From Candidatus Kapaibacterium sp. (GTDB lineage Bacteria; Bacteroidota; Ignavibacteria; Kapaibacteriales; UBA2268): DNA of 64,000 nucleotides. This document shows, one piece after another, positions 40,078 to 50,509 of this stretch; position 1 is the stretch's first letter; each line of letters opens with the position of its first letter. The DNA lies in the NCBI GenBank assembly GCA_963665665.1, contig OY762428.1, positions 3,040,001 to 3,104,000 of the forward strand, in the 5' to 3' direction. The notes under the pieces are model-generated. The model saw only the letters and a program-made list of their open reading frames with translations, did no database searches and was not told where the DNA came from. The translations under genes were made by a program, and so were the position numbers.

Positions 40078-40120
40078 AAAAAAAAACCCGAAAACCGGCA
40101 GCCGGCTTTCGGGTTTATTT
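40078..40120. terminator. Bidirectional terminator between convergent genes
   Basis: AAACCCGAAA-ACCGG-CAG-CCGGC-TTTCGGGTTT. Confidence 0.8.
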
Positions 40121-40136
40121 TCAGGAGAAATAAAGA

Positions 40137-41420
40137 TTAATCAAAGTTTGGATTTACTTTTCTCTCGTCATTACTTATGGGGAAGCGTTGCCATGTGGCA
40201 TTAATATCTAAGTGCCATTTGTCGAAACGGCGCTGGTCGATAAGGCGCATACCTGTAAAGCACAATGTTTTATCTCTTTCCACATATAGCAGTTCGAGAT
40301 AATCTCCGGCGTAATCATTTGTTACATCATCAGCGCTAAGAGCATCAATACCATAAGAAGTTCTTATTGTGTTGATGATATCTAATCCGGTTTCGTTATT
40401 ACCGTCGCGAATCTCGATCTCGGCTTTCATCAGTTCGTTTTCCTGCCAGGAAAGGAAGTTAAGAGGAGAGCTCATATCAAGATATTTTGCCTGCTGATAA
40501 TATACTCCGGAATCAGATACAATTGATGATGCTGGTATTTCATAGATCATCACCCTGTTTGCTTCGTTGGGGTCTGCTTCGATATAATCAAAGAAACGGC
40601 TTGAAGCATAGAACTGTGTTCTTCCGGGGCCTGCCCAGTAGTACCAGTAGTTATTCAGAATGGTGTTATACAGAGCGTCAAATCCCGCATCTCCCTGTGC
40701 AAGGCCCATATCAGCTGCTGTTTTAGCATCTGCATAGTTACCCTGGATAAGAAGAATCCTTGCTTTCATTGTGTAGGCCAGTTTGGCCTGTGATTCGTCA
40801 GCATAAGTAATTGCCATATCCAGCCTGCTGACAGCGTCTGCGTACATATCTGTAGCAGGTATATAAGGACTCAGGTTAATAACACCGCCACCGCCGTCCC
40901 GAGGTTCAAGACACCAGTATGCACCCCAGATATAGCGTGCAACAGCGCCGAAGAAATATGCATTGAAAAGGCCGTTGTTCTTAATAGCCATTTCGTCTTC
41001 TGTAAATGTTATCCTGTTCTCGATCCTTTCAACAAGTGTATCAGCATAAAGCCTGAGCTGTGCAAGTTCATCCATAATATCTTCGGTTGAATTGTTCTGG
41101 GATACAAGAGGATTTGTTCCGCCTGTTTCAGCCAGGTCCAGAGCTTCGAAAGTCGGGTAAGTAGCCTGCTGAATATCCCTGGTAAATGCTAATTCATCAG
41201 ACATGCCGCCGGCATAAATTGAAGTTTCATCCCAAACAACTGAAAATGAATTTTTCACACCGGTAACAAGGAATTCAACGTCCCCCGGAGTGTTCAGGTT
41301 GTCATCGCCGACATCGTTTATCGGTTGTTCTATATCATTAACCCAATCGTTACATGCGGAAAGTGAAAGCATAACCGCCAGAACGATAATCAAGGGATAT
41401 TTAAAAGATATTTTTATCAT
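40137..41420 (-). CDS. SusD/RagB family outer-membrane lipoprotein
   Basis: LSAC lipobox; ENELMKAE, ERDKTL..GMRLIDQRR, PIS..E...NPN. Confidence 0.9.
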   Translation of the reverse strand: MIKISFKYPLIIVLAVMLSLSACNDWVNDIEQPINDVGDDNLNTPGDVEFLVTGVKNSFSVVWDETSIYAGGMSDELAFTRDIQQATYPTFEALDLAETGGTNPLVSQNNSTEDIMDELAQLRLYADTLVERIENRITFTEDEMAIKNNGLFNAYFFGAVARYIWGAYWCLEPRDGGGGVINLSPYIPATDMYADAVSRLDMAITYADESQAKLAYTMKARILLIQGNYADAKTAADMGLAQGDAGFDALYNTILNNYWYYWAGPGRTQFYASSRFFDYIEADPNEANRVMIYEIPASSIVSDSGVYYQQAKYLDMSSPLNFLSWQENELMKAEIEIRDGNNETGLDIINTIRTSYGIDALSADDVTNDYAGDYLELLYVERDKTLCFTGMRLIDQRRFDKWHLDINATWQRFPISNDERKVNPNFD

Positions 41421-41449
41421 AATTATCTCCGAATTTTTTTACTTTTTTA

Positions 41450-44365
41450 TTATAAACCAAGATTAAATGTGAAGTTCCAAACCCTCGGATTCTGGAGAGT
41501 AAGGAAGTCAACGCTTCTGGCAACTGCTGTTCTGGAACCAAACATGTTAACCTCGGGGTCAACGCCGCTGTATGTTGACCAAAGAGCAAGGTTCCTGACA
41601 GATGCAACGAATGTAAAGGATTTAACATAATTATCACCAAATAGCATTTCCAGCCAGTCAGTGGCGTTAACCCTTAAACTTATCTCGCGAAGCCTCAGCC
41701 AATTACCTTCTTCAATGAAGTTTGCATCATAGTTCGGATTTAGTTTTGCATAGGCGTTTGCTGTTTCAATATACTCGGGAGTATTGGGTTTAAGAGCTTC
41801 AATTCCTTCGTCAGGATTACCAAAGAGTTGATTCTGAAGATCAGTATATTCAATATCATTACCGAATGAAACCTGGAATGCTCTTGTATTATTATATATT
41901 GAATGGCCTGTGGCAAATTCAAACATTACGTAAAGTGTGAAATGCTCAAGGAAACGGAAGTTTGTAGAGAATGATCCGTTGAATGTTGGTACGGGAGTAC
42001 CAAGGAATTCAAGTTCGTCGGAAGCATCAGGCCCGGCATACGCACCGGTCTCTTCGTCGAATAATGCGCCGTAAACTTTTCTTTCGAAGAAAGCTGAACG
42101 GCTGTAGCCCTCGTACCAGCCCTGGTTACCAAAGCCGCCAACAACAGGCTGCGATCCGCCAAGGTCAACAACTTCGTTATCCTGCTGGTTAAGGATAATA
42201 TTGAATCCCAGCTCATATTCTTTGGTCATTATCGGGGTTGCATAAAGAATTGTTTCGAAGCCCCATGATTTAATTTCACCAACATTTTTTGGTACTGTTG
42301 ATGCTGTTAGGCCAGAGGATGGAGCATTAGGGAAGGGGATGATAGATTCCTTTGCAAACTGCATGTAATAAGTGAAGTCAATACCGTAGGCATCCATGTA
42401 TTCTGCCTCGATACCGAACTCAATTTCGTTTATTCTTTCAGGAACAATCTCGGGATTACCGATTGAGTTAAGAACGCCGCCAACTCCGAATCCGGATTGC
42501 GAGCCTGCCCAGCGAAGCGGATAAGCAGCAAGAGCGCCCGGAAGCTGGCCTGACTGTCCCCAGCCGCCACGAAGTTTCAGGAAGTTAAGATCTTCCGGTA
42601 GAACTCCAAGTTTGTCAATTCTTACAGCACCACTTATTTTCGGATAGAAAATACTCGGGGCTTCATCACCGATAACTGAAGAATAATCATTACGTACAGC
42701 TAAGTTCAGGAAATATGTTTCGCTGAAGTTGATATCTTCCTGGAAGTAGATACCAGCTTCACGATAATCGGATCTGCCGTCGTCTGCATAATTAAAGTCT
42801 GCTGCAGCTTCCATGTTCCTGATCCTTGGTGTGGTATATCCCTGCATGATAAAATCAGCAAATGATGTTGTGTTTGTAAACATTTGTGCACCAAGAATAC
42901 TTGTTGCAAAAATTTCATCAGTCAGCTGATAATTATAGGAAACATTCAAATCGTAATTAAGCTGTTCCCTTGTGCGGGAGAATAATTCTTTTTCACCGTT
43001 ATCACTCGGCCCGGTATAGAAATATTCCGGCGAGAGGAAAGATGTATTTACGTAATCAAGTCCGTCAAAACCAATCAGTCCTCTGAATTGAAGGCCTTCC
43101 ATCCAATCCGGCATATAGTTGATCTCTGCCGAACCGATAAAGCGGTTTGTGGCAATTGTATTGTCGATATTGGCAATAGCCAGACTGTCAGTAAACAGAT
43201 AAGATGTCGGGAAAAGCAAAACATTGCCCAGCCAGCCCGTAACGTTATTATCGTTAATAGGCCTGCTGTTGCTTGTAGTGATATAGTTTCCTGAAAGTTT
43301 TATCTTAACCTGTTTATTCGGGAAAACCTGGAAATTACCGCGAACAGACTGGCGGTCGAATGAGTTCTGCCCAACGATACCGTCTTCAGTTCTGTCAGTA
43401 TATGATCCGTAGTAGCTGAACATACCGGATTTACCCTGGAAGCTGAGAGTCTGTTCTGAAAGAGGGCCATCCCTGAAGATATTATTCGCATCCGCAGCGG
43501 AATAGAAATCTGCTTCATCATATTCAACGGACTGCTCGTTCCAGCCCATTACGTTTTTATAATTAACACTAAAGAAATCCTGTGTGGCTTTACCACTTTT
43601 AGTAGTGATCAGGATAACACCGTTAGAACCGGATGTTCCGTAAAGAGCAGCGCCGGCAGGGCCTTTTAGTACTTCAATGGAAGCAATGTCTTCCGGGTTG
43701 ATATCTGCAAGTGTAGTACCGGCCTGGCCGCCAATATCAATACCGATTTCATCGTTATTGATCCTTGCCCCGTCAACAAATATTACAGGCTGGCCGTCGC
43801 CGTTAAGCCCGCCGCCACCACGAACCTGGAAGCGTATACCACCACCAACATTACCGGAGGAAGTCTGCACCTGAACACCGGAAACTTTACCGGCAAGCAC
43901 CTGGCTGACATCCTGGTAAACAGCTCTTTCCTGAAGTTCGGAAGCATCAATTCGTGCAACCGAAACATCTGAAACAGCTTTTTCGTTACGCGATGCCACA
44001 CCGGTAACAACTACCTCGTTGAGGCCGATAACGTCAGGAATAAGCTCGATATTGGAAACAATGTCCTCGCCTTCTTTTACCACGATGTCTTTTGTATAAT
44101 TCTTATACCCGACAAAGTGCGAAATAAGGACATACTTGCCCGGAGTTATATTGCGAATTTTAAAAGCACCTTCTTTGTTCGCAATAGCACCCAGTTTAGC
44201 TTTTTTTGCGCCGACTTCTCTGAGCTCAATTCTGGCTCCGGGAAGTTTTTCTTCTGTCTTCTGATCAAGGACAGTACCTGATATGCTCCCTTTTTGTGCA
44301 GGCAATGCTTTTGCACTTAAAAGGAAAACACATAAAATTAGAAACAGATAGGGAAATCGTTTCAT
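41450..44365 (-). CDS. SusC/RagA family TonB-dependent transporter
   Basis: LNEVVVTG, DINPEDIASIEVLKGPAGAALYG, GVILITTK. Confidence 0.95.
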   Translation of the reverse strand: MKRFPYLFLILCVFLLSAKALPAQKGSISGTVLDQKTEEKLPGARIELREVGAKKAKLGAIANKEGAFKIRNITPGKYVLISHFVGYKNYTKDIVVKEGEDIVSNIELIPDVIGLNEVVVTGVASRNEKAVSDVSVARIDASELQERAVYQDVSQVLAGKVSGVQVQTSSGNVGGGIRFQVRGGGGLNGDGQPVIFVDGARINNDEIGIDIGGQAGTTLADINPEDIASIEVLKGPAGAALYGTSGSNGVILITTKSGKATQDFFSVNYKNVMGWNEQSVEYDEADFYSAADANNIFRDGPLSEQTLSFQGKSGMFSYYGSYTDRTEDGIVGQNSFDRQSVRGNFQVFPNKQVKIKLSGNYITTSNSRPINDNNVTGWLGNVLLFPTSYLFTDSLAIANIDNTIATNRFIGSAEINYMPDWMEGLQFRGLIGFDGLDYVNTSFLSPEYFYTGPSDNGEKELFSRTREQLNYDLNVSYNYQLTDEIFATSILGAQMFTNTTSFADFIMQGYTTPRIRNMEAAADFNYADDGRSDYREAGIYFQEDINFSETYFLNLAVRNDYSSVIGDEAPSIFYPKISGAVRIDKLGVLPEDLNFLKLRGGWGQSGQLPGALAAYPLRWAGSQSGFGVGGVLNSIGNPEIVPERINEIEFGIEAEYMDAYGIDFTYYMQFAKESIIPFPNAPSSGLTASTVPKNVGEIKSWGFETILYATPIMTKEYELGFNIILNQQDNEVVDLGGSQPVVGGFGNQGWYEGYSRSAFFERKVYGALFDEETGAYAGPDASDELEFLGTPVPTFNGSFSTNFRFLEHFTLYVMFEFATGHSIYNNTRAFQVSFGNDIEYTDLQNQLFGNPDEGIEALKPNTPEYIETANAYAKLNPNYDANFIEEGNWLRLREISLRVNATDWLEMLFGDNYVKSFTFVASVRNLALWSTYSGVDPEVNMFGSRTAVARSVDFLTLQNPRVWNFTFNLGL

Positions 44366-44964
44366 AAGAACTCCTTCTCGTTTGGTTTAACGATTAATAA
44401 TATCGTAACAGAAAATAACTTTTATTATCTGTTCATATCAAAACCAATGGGATCATGAAAAACAGTAAAAATTGGCACCTTTTACAATGCTTCACCAGAT
44501 CCCGCTAAAATTCAATTTTTTGTCTAATTCCCAGCTATTGATTTCTAACTGCTATAAGGATTATATTCCCCGCTTATTCAATTCATCCTAATTCTCAGGA
44601 AAAATATAAGCAAAAAAATAGTATTTATCAAATAAAAATTAGCTGATAATTAACAAAATCTGCATAAATATTTTTGTTTGCTCTCAACTAACAGGATAAC
44701 AGCTGTTATAAAAAAGACTAATTGCAAAATTGTCGATTCCCCGCCCCGTTCACTATAAATCAAGGCAAGCCGCAGGAAGTTATCCGGAGCCTGCTCCGGA
44801 GTCCGCATCCAAAGTTTAATTTGGGTTTATGCCGCTGATTTGTTTATGGCAATATTAATTGAAGTTTAACAATCTTTATTTCCTTTATCAGTATATCATT
44901 CCGTTATGAAATTCTTTTAAATAGTTGTATTTTGCATTTGGTTGTAATTATGCGGAAGGATGAA

Positions 44965-45717
44965 ATGAATTTTAACCCTATATTATTTGAAATGCTGGCT
45001 AATGCCGACCGGGTTGCAATGCTCACCGGCGCTGGTGTATCAGCGGAAAGCGGTATTGCTACTTTTCGGGATCCGGATGGCCTGTGGAGCAGGTTCAGCC
45101 CCCGGGAACTGGCAAGTGTCGACGGGTTTATGACTAATTCAAAAAGAGTCTGGGAATGGTATCAATACAGAAGGAAAATGATTGATGAGGCAAAATATAA
45201 CGAAGGGCATAAAGCAATCGCAATGATGGAGGAAATATTTCCTTCGTTTACACTTATTACACAGAATGTGGACAGGCTGCATCAGCAGGCCGGATCTAAG
45301 GATGTGATCGAACTTCACGGAAATATTATTGAAAACAAATGCCTTGACTGCTCGCTTCCATTCGAAGGAGAAACAGAACTTCCGGACGGCCGGGTTCCGG
45401 TATGCCCTGCATGCGGGGGGAAGATTCGCCCTAATGTTGTATGGTTTGGCGAAATGCTTCCGGAAGACGCATTGAAAAGGGCAGATATAATATCCCGTGA
45501 ATGTGATGTCTTCTTTAGTGTGGGAACATCAGCAGAAGTGTATCCTGCTGCAAATATACCCCTGCAGGCAAAAATGACAGGCGCTTACCTTATAGAAGTT
45601 AACCCTAACCCTACAGCTATAAGTTCTTATGCCAATACATGTATCAGGGCAACTTCAGCTGAAGCGCTGCCTGAACTTATCAGGCAGTATAAGGAATTCT
45701 TAAAAGAAAGAAATTAA
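44965..45717 (+). CDS. cobB: NAD-dependent protein deacylase (sirtuin, class III)
   Basis: TGAGVSAESG, WEWYQYRR, TQNVD, HG, two CxxC, VWFGE; start uncertain. Confidence 0.93.
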   Translation: MNFNPILFEMLANADRVAMLTGAGVSAESGIATFRDPDGLWSRFSPRELASVDGFMTNSKRVWEWYQYRRKMIDEAKYNEGHKAIAMMEEIFPSFTLITQNVDRLHQQAGSKDVIELHGNIIENKCLDCSLPFEGETELPDGRVPVCPACGGKIRPNVVWFGEMLPEDALKRADIISRECDVFFSVGTSAEVYPAANIPLQAKMTGAYLIEVNPNPTAISSYANTCIRATSAEALPELIRQYKEFLKERN

Positions 45718-45726
45718 AAGAAATTG

Positions 45727-45930
45727 GAAACTACTCAGCATAAAGGAAGAATATGTTAGATATGTTTAATAATACCAGAAAATGTCACTCTGAACGAAGT
45801 GAAGAGTCTATTCTTCATAATTTTATCCTAAAAACAAGTGGATTCTTCAGTCGCTTCGCGCCTTCAGAATGACATTTTTGCAATTATTCTTTTCAAAAAC
45901 AGAATAGTATTATATTTGCTGAATAGTAAC
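45727..45930. mobile_element. MITE-like element with REP palindrome (45783-45874), inverted relative to 9871-10111
   Basis: Ends GAAACTACTCAGC / GCTGAATAGTAAC; the last ~35 nt are the near-exact reverse complement of 9872-9906. Confidence 0.65.
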
Positions 45931-45995
45931 AAAAATACCGGTAAAAGAAAAAATCACAAATAATATTATCTAAGAACATTGATTTGGAGACAGGA

Positions 45996-46373
45996 ATGAT
46001 AACAGGGATTGGAACAGATATAGTTGATATCAACAGGATTGCGAAACTGATTGATAAATATGACAAGAAAATTCTTGACAGGCTTTTTACTGAAACGGAA
46101 CAGGAATACAGCGAATCATTTAATTACGGTAAGTATCAGCATTATGCAGCTCGCTTTGCTGCTAAAGAATCTTTCAGCAAAGCTATAGGCACGGGAATGA
46201 CCGAGAATTTCAAGTTTCGTGAAATCGGTATTGTCAACGAGGAAAACGGCAGGCCGCGAGTGGTGCTTGATGGTGCACTTAAGGAAAAATACGGCGGGTT
46301 CAGGGTGCATGTATCGCTATCGCATACCGATTCAACTGCTTCAGCGTATATTATTATGGAAAAGGAAGACTGA
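45996..46373 (+). CDS. acpS: Holo-[acyl-carrier-protein] synthase
   Basis: GIGTDIV, AARFAAKESFSKAIGTG, VSLSH. Confidence 0.95.
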   Translation: MITGIGTDIVDINRIAKLIDKYDKKILDRLFTETEQEYSESFNYGKYQHYAARFAAKESFSKAIGTGMTENFKFREIGIVNEENGRPRVVLDGALKEKYGGFRVHVSLSHTDSTASAYIIMEKED

Positions 46374-46375
46374 TA

Positions 46376-47503
46376 ATGGGCAGGATTAACCGTATAGTTA
46401 TTGTTACGCAGGACTATTTCCCCACAACGGGAGGAATTACAACATGGTGTGATGAACTGGCGGTTAATCTGAGAAAGCTTGGACCTGAATTAACCATTAT
46501 CACAAAATCTTTCGACGGTTACGACGGCAGGGAACGAACTGACATCCCGGTTATCAGGCTTAACCATAAACGGTGGAAGAACAATAAATACAAGCTGATC
46601 CTTGGGGCAGCACGCCCCTATTCAGCACCGGACACTGCTTTCCTTTGTGCGAACTGGAAAATGGCCGTACCGTTCAAAACAATGTCATTATTCGGCAGAC
46701 AAAATGTTTTTACGGCAGTACACGGTATGGATGCCCTTGAAGGCAGGTTCATAAACAGGATTATACAAAAGCAGGCTTTGAAAAATTCAAGGGCTGTTAT
46801 TGCAGTGTCCTCGTATACAAAAAAACTGCTTACCGAGATGAATACCGTTCCGGAATTTATGATAAAAGTGATAAATAACGGTGTTGATACAAAGAAATTC
46901 TTCCATACCGGCACGAATGATAAGATTGTAAAAAAATACGGCCTGCATGACGGGCCGCGCCTGCTTTCGCTTGGCAGGCTGGTAAAAAGAAAAGGCTTCG
47001 ATATGACTATCCGGGCAATGAAACATACAAAAAGCCATGGGTTGAAATACTATATTGCCGGAACCGGTAAATTTGAAAAAGACCTGAAAAAGCTGGTAAA
47101 AAAGGAAGGCCTTGAAAGCAAGGTTATCTTCCTTGGTTTTATACCGGATCAGGATATTAACGGGCTATATAATTCTGTTGATCTTCTTTCCATGCCTTCG
47201 CGCAGATTACCGCTGGACGTGGAAGGATTCGGGATAACTTATCTTGAGGCTGCTGCTTGCGGCATTCCTTCTGTTGCAGGCAAAGATTCAGGTGCTGTTG
47301 ATGCTGTTCTTGACGGCGAGACAGGCCTGCTTGTGAACCCTGAATCCCCTGAGGAAATTGCTGCCGCCATAGACAGGTTATTTTCAGACGCTGAAAGCAG
47401 AAGGGCAATGGGAGAAAAAGCAATGGTCAGGGTACAGTCAGAATTTACATGGGAAATGATATCTTCACAGGTTTACAATCTGATGGAAGAATTCTCAGGA
47501 TAA
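46376..47503 (+). CDS. Glycosyltransferase family 4 (PimB-like)
   Basis: FPTTGGI, GRLVKRKG, EGFGITYLEAAACG. Confidence 0.92.
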   Translation: MGRINRIVIVTQDYFPTTGGITTWCDELAVNLRKLGPELTIITKSFDGYDGRERTDIPVIRLNHKRWKNNKYKLILGAARPYSAPDTAFLCANWKMAVPFKTMSLFGRQNVFTAVHGMDALEGRFINRIIQKQALKNSRAVIAVSSYTKKLLTEMNTVPEFMIKVINNGVDTKKFFHTGTNDKIVKKYGLHDGPRLLSLGRLVKRKGFDMTIRAMKHTKSHGLKYYIAGTGKFEKDLKKLVKKEGLESKVIFLGFIPDQDINGLYNSVDLLSMPSRRLPLDVEGFGITYLEAAACGIPSVAGKDSGAVDAVLDGETGLLVNPESPEEIAAAIDRLFSDAESRRAMGEKAMVRVQSEFTWEMISSQVYNLMEEFSG

Positions 47504-47630
47504 TGATCTTCGATTTCATAATTTATCCGATGGACAGAATCCATCGGATAAAAAAATGCGATAACAGATGAGTAATCCCAATTCTTTTTTAATAATACTT
47601 TATTTCAGAGCTTCTAATTCCTGAACGAAA

Positions 47631-47974
47631 AATCAAAGCAAGAAAACCACCCCTGTATTCCCCTCCTACTTTAGGAGGGGATAAGAAGTTAAATAACATA
47701 GAATTAACTCCCCCTCCTTCCGAAGGAGGGAGCCGGGGTGATGTAGGAAGTGTCGAAAGCAATGTACAAATGGTTGACGCTATTGCAGCAATGTTTTGCT
47801 TTATTGCTGTCTTGTTTGAAGATAATGACGCCTTGTTCCAAATCAAAGCAATAAAACCACCCCTGTATTCCCCTCCTACTTTAGGAGGGGATAAGAAGTT
47901 AAATAACATAGAATTAACTCCCCCTCCTTTCGAAGGGAGGGAGCCGGGGGGATGTAGGAAGTGTCGAAAGCAAT
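47631..47974. repeat. Direct duplication (~134 bp units at 47631 and 47841) carrying GC-rich REP-like hairpins
   Basis: CCCCTCCTACTTTAGGAGGGG and CTCCCCCTCCTT(C/T)CGAAGG.GGGAG each occur twice. Confidence 0.9.
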
Positions 47975-48715
47975 GCACAGATGTTTTATTCAATTGCTGC
48001 CTTGTTCGAAGCTATTGAACCGATGTTCTAAGCCATTGCTGCCTTGGTCTAAGTTATTGCTGCCTTGGTCTAAGTTATTGCACTTATGTTCTAAGCCATT
48101 GTTGCCTTGGTCGAAGTTATTGACCCCTTGGTCGAAGTCATTGATGCCTTGGTCGGAGTCATTGATGCCTTGTTCCAAATCGATGCACCGATGTTCTAAG
48201 TCATTGCTGCCTTGTTTTACTTCAAAGCCCTCTCCTTCGGGGAGGGTTTGGGAGGGGTCGAAGTTATTACACCGATGTTTTATTCAATTGCTGCCTTGTT
48301 CGAAGCTATTGCACCGATGTTTTATTCAATTGCTGTCTTGGTTGGAAGCAAAGTACCAATGTTTGATTCTATTGTTCCCTTGGTCGGAGGCAAAATACCG
48401 AAGGTTTATTCTATTGTTGCCTTGTTAGGAGTTATTGCACCGATGTTCTATTCTATTGCTGCCTTGGTCTAAGTTATTGCTGCCTTGGTCTAAGTTATTG
48501 CACTTATGTTCTAAGCCATTGTTGCCTTGGTCGAAGTTATTTTACCGATTTTCTAAGCCATTGCTGCCTTGTTTTACTTCAAAGCCCTCTCCTTCGGGGA
48601 GGGTTTGGGAGGGGTCGAAGTTATTACACCGATGTTTTATTCAATTGCTGCCTTGTTCGAAGCTATTGCACCGATGTTTTATTCAATTGCTGTCTTGTTT
48701 CGAGGTAATGATTGC
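47975..48715 (-). repeat. Degenerate 21-bp tandem repeat array with two embedded REP hairpins
   Basis: Units like TCTAAGTTATTGCTGCCTTGG; CCCTCTCCTTCGGGGAGGG near 48228 and 48585; internal block duplications. Confidence 0.9.
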
Positions 48716-48729
48716 TTGTGTAGCGTTGA

Positions 48730-49230
48730 AATCCGAAATATTTAACGGATTGTATTATTTACAATACCTGAATAATAAAATATATCATAAGAATTAGTAA
48801 ATATTTAAGTATTTGTAGTAAATATATTTATAGAATAATTAAATAATCATATAGATTTATAATATTAATAATATAACTAATCAAATAAATAATTTATACA
48901 AGACATTAATCACTACATTTTATTATTTATTATTCTCTTATTATAAAATTAATTATGTATCCAAGTATATATTTAATTGTCCTAACAAATTAGATATACT
49001 GATTAATTAATAGGTTGAAATTAATATTTAATAATTCATAAAAAAAAATTAATAAATTATACTGATAATTTAATTATATGTATAAAATATTTAGTTATTA
49101 ATATTAAAAGTTTTGTTAGATGAACTATATCAAGGCTTGGATATTATATATAAATTATTATAAATACTATATATTTGTTAGAATTAGTATAATATTTAAT
49201 ATTTATGATTGAATATTTAATTATAAGTTC
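48730..49230. other. Extremely AT-rich non-coding spacer
   Basis: About 500 bp visibly depleted of G/C, no credible ORF. Confidence 0.85.
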
Positions 49231-49274
49231 TATCTATAGACTATTCTCATCTCTACCTTCAGGATTTCAATGCC

Positions 49275-49780
49275 AAACAAGTGAGCAATGAAGCTGAACA
49301 AGTGAGCAATGAAGCTGAACAAGTGAGCAATGAAGCTGAACAAGTGAGCAATGAAGCTGAACAAGTGAGCAATGAAGCAGGACAAGTGAGCAATGAAGCT
49401 GAACAAGTGAGCAATGAAGCAGGACAATCGTACAATTAGGCTGAACAAGCATGCAATGAGGCGGAACAAGCAAGCAATAAGGCAGAACAAGCAAGCAATG
49501 AAGCAGAACAAGCAAGCAATGAAGCGGAACAAGCAAGCAATGAGGCGAAACAAGCGTACAATGAAGCGGAACAAGCAAGCAATGAAGCGAAACAAGCATA
49601 CATTGAGGTGGAACAAGGCATCAGTGAGGCAAAACAAGCATACATTGAGGCAGAACAAGACATCAATGAAGCCGAACAAGCGTACAATGAAGCGGAACAA
49701 GCGTACAATGAAGCGGAACAAGCGAGCAATGAAGCGGAACAAGCAAGCAATAAGGCAGGACAAGGCAGTATTAAGCCCTG
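49275..49780 (+). repeat. 21-bp tandem repeat array (~24 units)
   Basis: GAACAAGTGAGCAATGAAGCT units grading into GAACAAGCAAGCAATGAAGCG and GAACAAGCGTACAATGAAGCG. Confidence 0.93.
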
Positions 49781-49944
49781 CAAACAAAGCGATTAGCCCC
49801 AACATCAGGGTTTTGATTAAAAACAGCATTGAAACAAGGAAATTATCCGGTTCATTGAAACCACAGGATAGGGAATTAAGGCCGGCGGCCTGTTCATTGG
49901 GGTGGAAGAACGGGGGGTAAGAGCCGGAGAAGGAGGTGTTATGT

Positions 49945-50297
49945 TGTCATTCTGACGGAGCGAAGCGACTGAAGAATCCATCTTCCTTTGCAGATAATGT
50001 ATGAAGAATGGATACTTCGCTTCGCTCAGTATGACCTTCTAGCCTTATAATTGTCAAATTCAATAGCCACGTGCTTTAGCTCGTGGATAATAGCACCTTG
50101 AGACTAAGAAAAAGAATCCACCCCGTCTCGCTGCGCTCGCCACCCCTCAACGAGGGGAATTTTAAGAATCCACCCCGTCCTTCCCCGACACGTCGACGCC
50201 AGCGGGGGAAAGGTGGCTTCTTCCAATTTTTAATTTTTAATTTTTAATTGTCCATTGTCAATTAAGAATGGATTCTTCGCTGGCGCTCTGAATGACA
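49945..50297. repeat. Cluster of REP-like palindromes and heptamer repeats
   Basis: GTCATTCTGA-type REP at 49945-50035 and a half copy at 50264-50297; CCACGTGCTTTAGCTCGTGG; AAGAATCCACCCCGTC twice; AATTTTT three times. Confidence 0.8.
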
Positions 50298-50509
50298 TCC
50301 GGCTTTGTCATCGTCAAATTCAATTTCAAATGAACCGGTTTCCCCGGAAGAAATACACCCGTTTGCATAATAATGGATCAGTTCTTTGAAAATTTGAGAT
50401 AAAGCATATTTTTTGAATGGAATCTGCAGATACAAATATGTCTCTTTATTCGCTTTGTTTTCGAATAAAGAGACATTTTCCGAGGAATTTATTTTGCATT
50501 CAGAAGTTA

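Noticed and set aside
44400-44620. SAM-I riboswitch upstream of susC (AAGGTGCCAA...AGATAA on the minus strand)
   Set aside because: The TTATC..GAG 5' strand, kink-turn/pseudoknot and GCAACC core are missing
48730-49230. Chromosomal oriC
   Set aside because: No TTATCCACA-type DnaA boxes are seen and there is no dnaA/gidA context; kept only as an AT-rich spacer
47975-49780. CRISPR array
   Set aside because: The units are contiguous degenerate 21-mers without unique spacers, and there are no cas genes
47589-49920. Many overlapping low-complexity ORFs (LLPWSK, ACSASL, KRNKQA repeats)
   Set aside because: They are by-products of 21-bp repeats being open in several frames, with no RBS or domain evidence. 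Their Cys periodicity is unrelated to the CxxG precursors.
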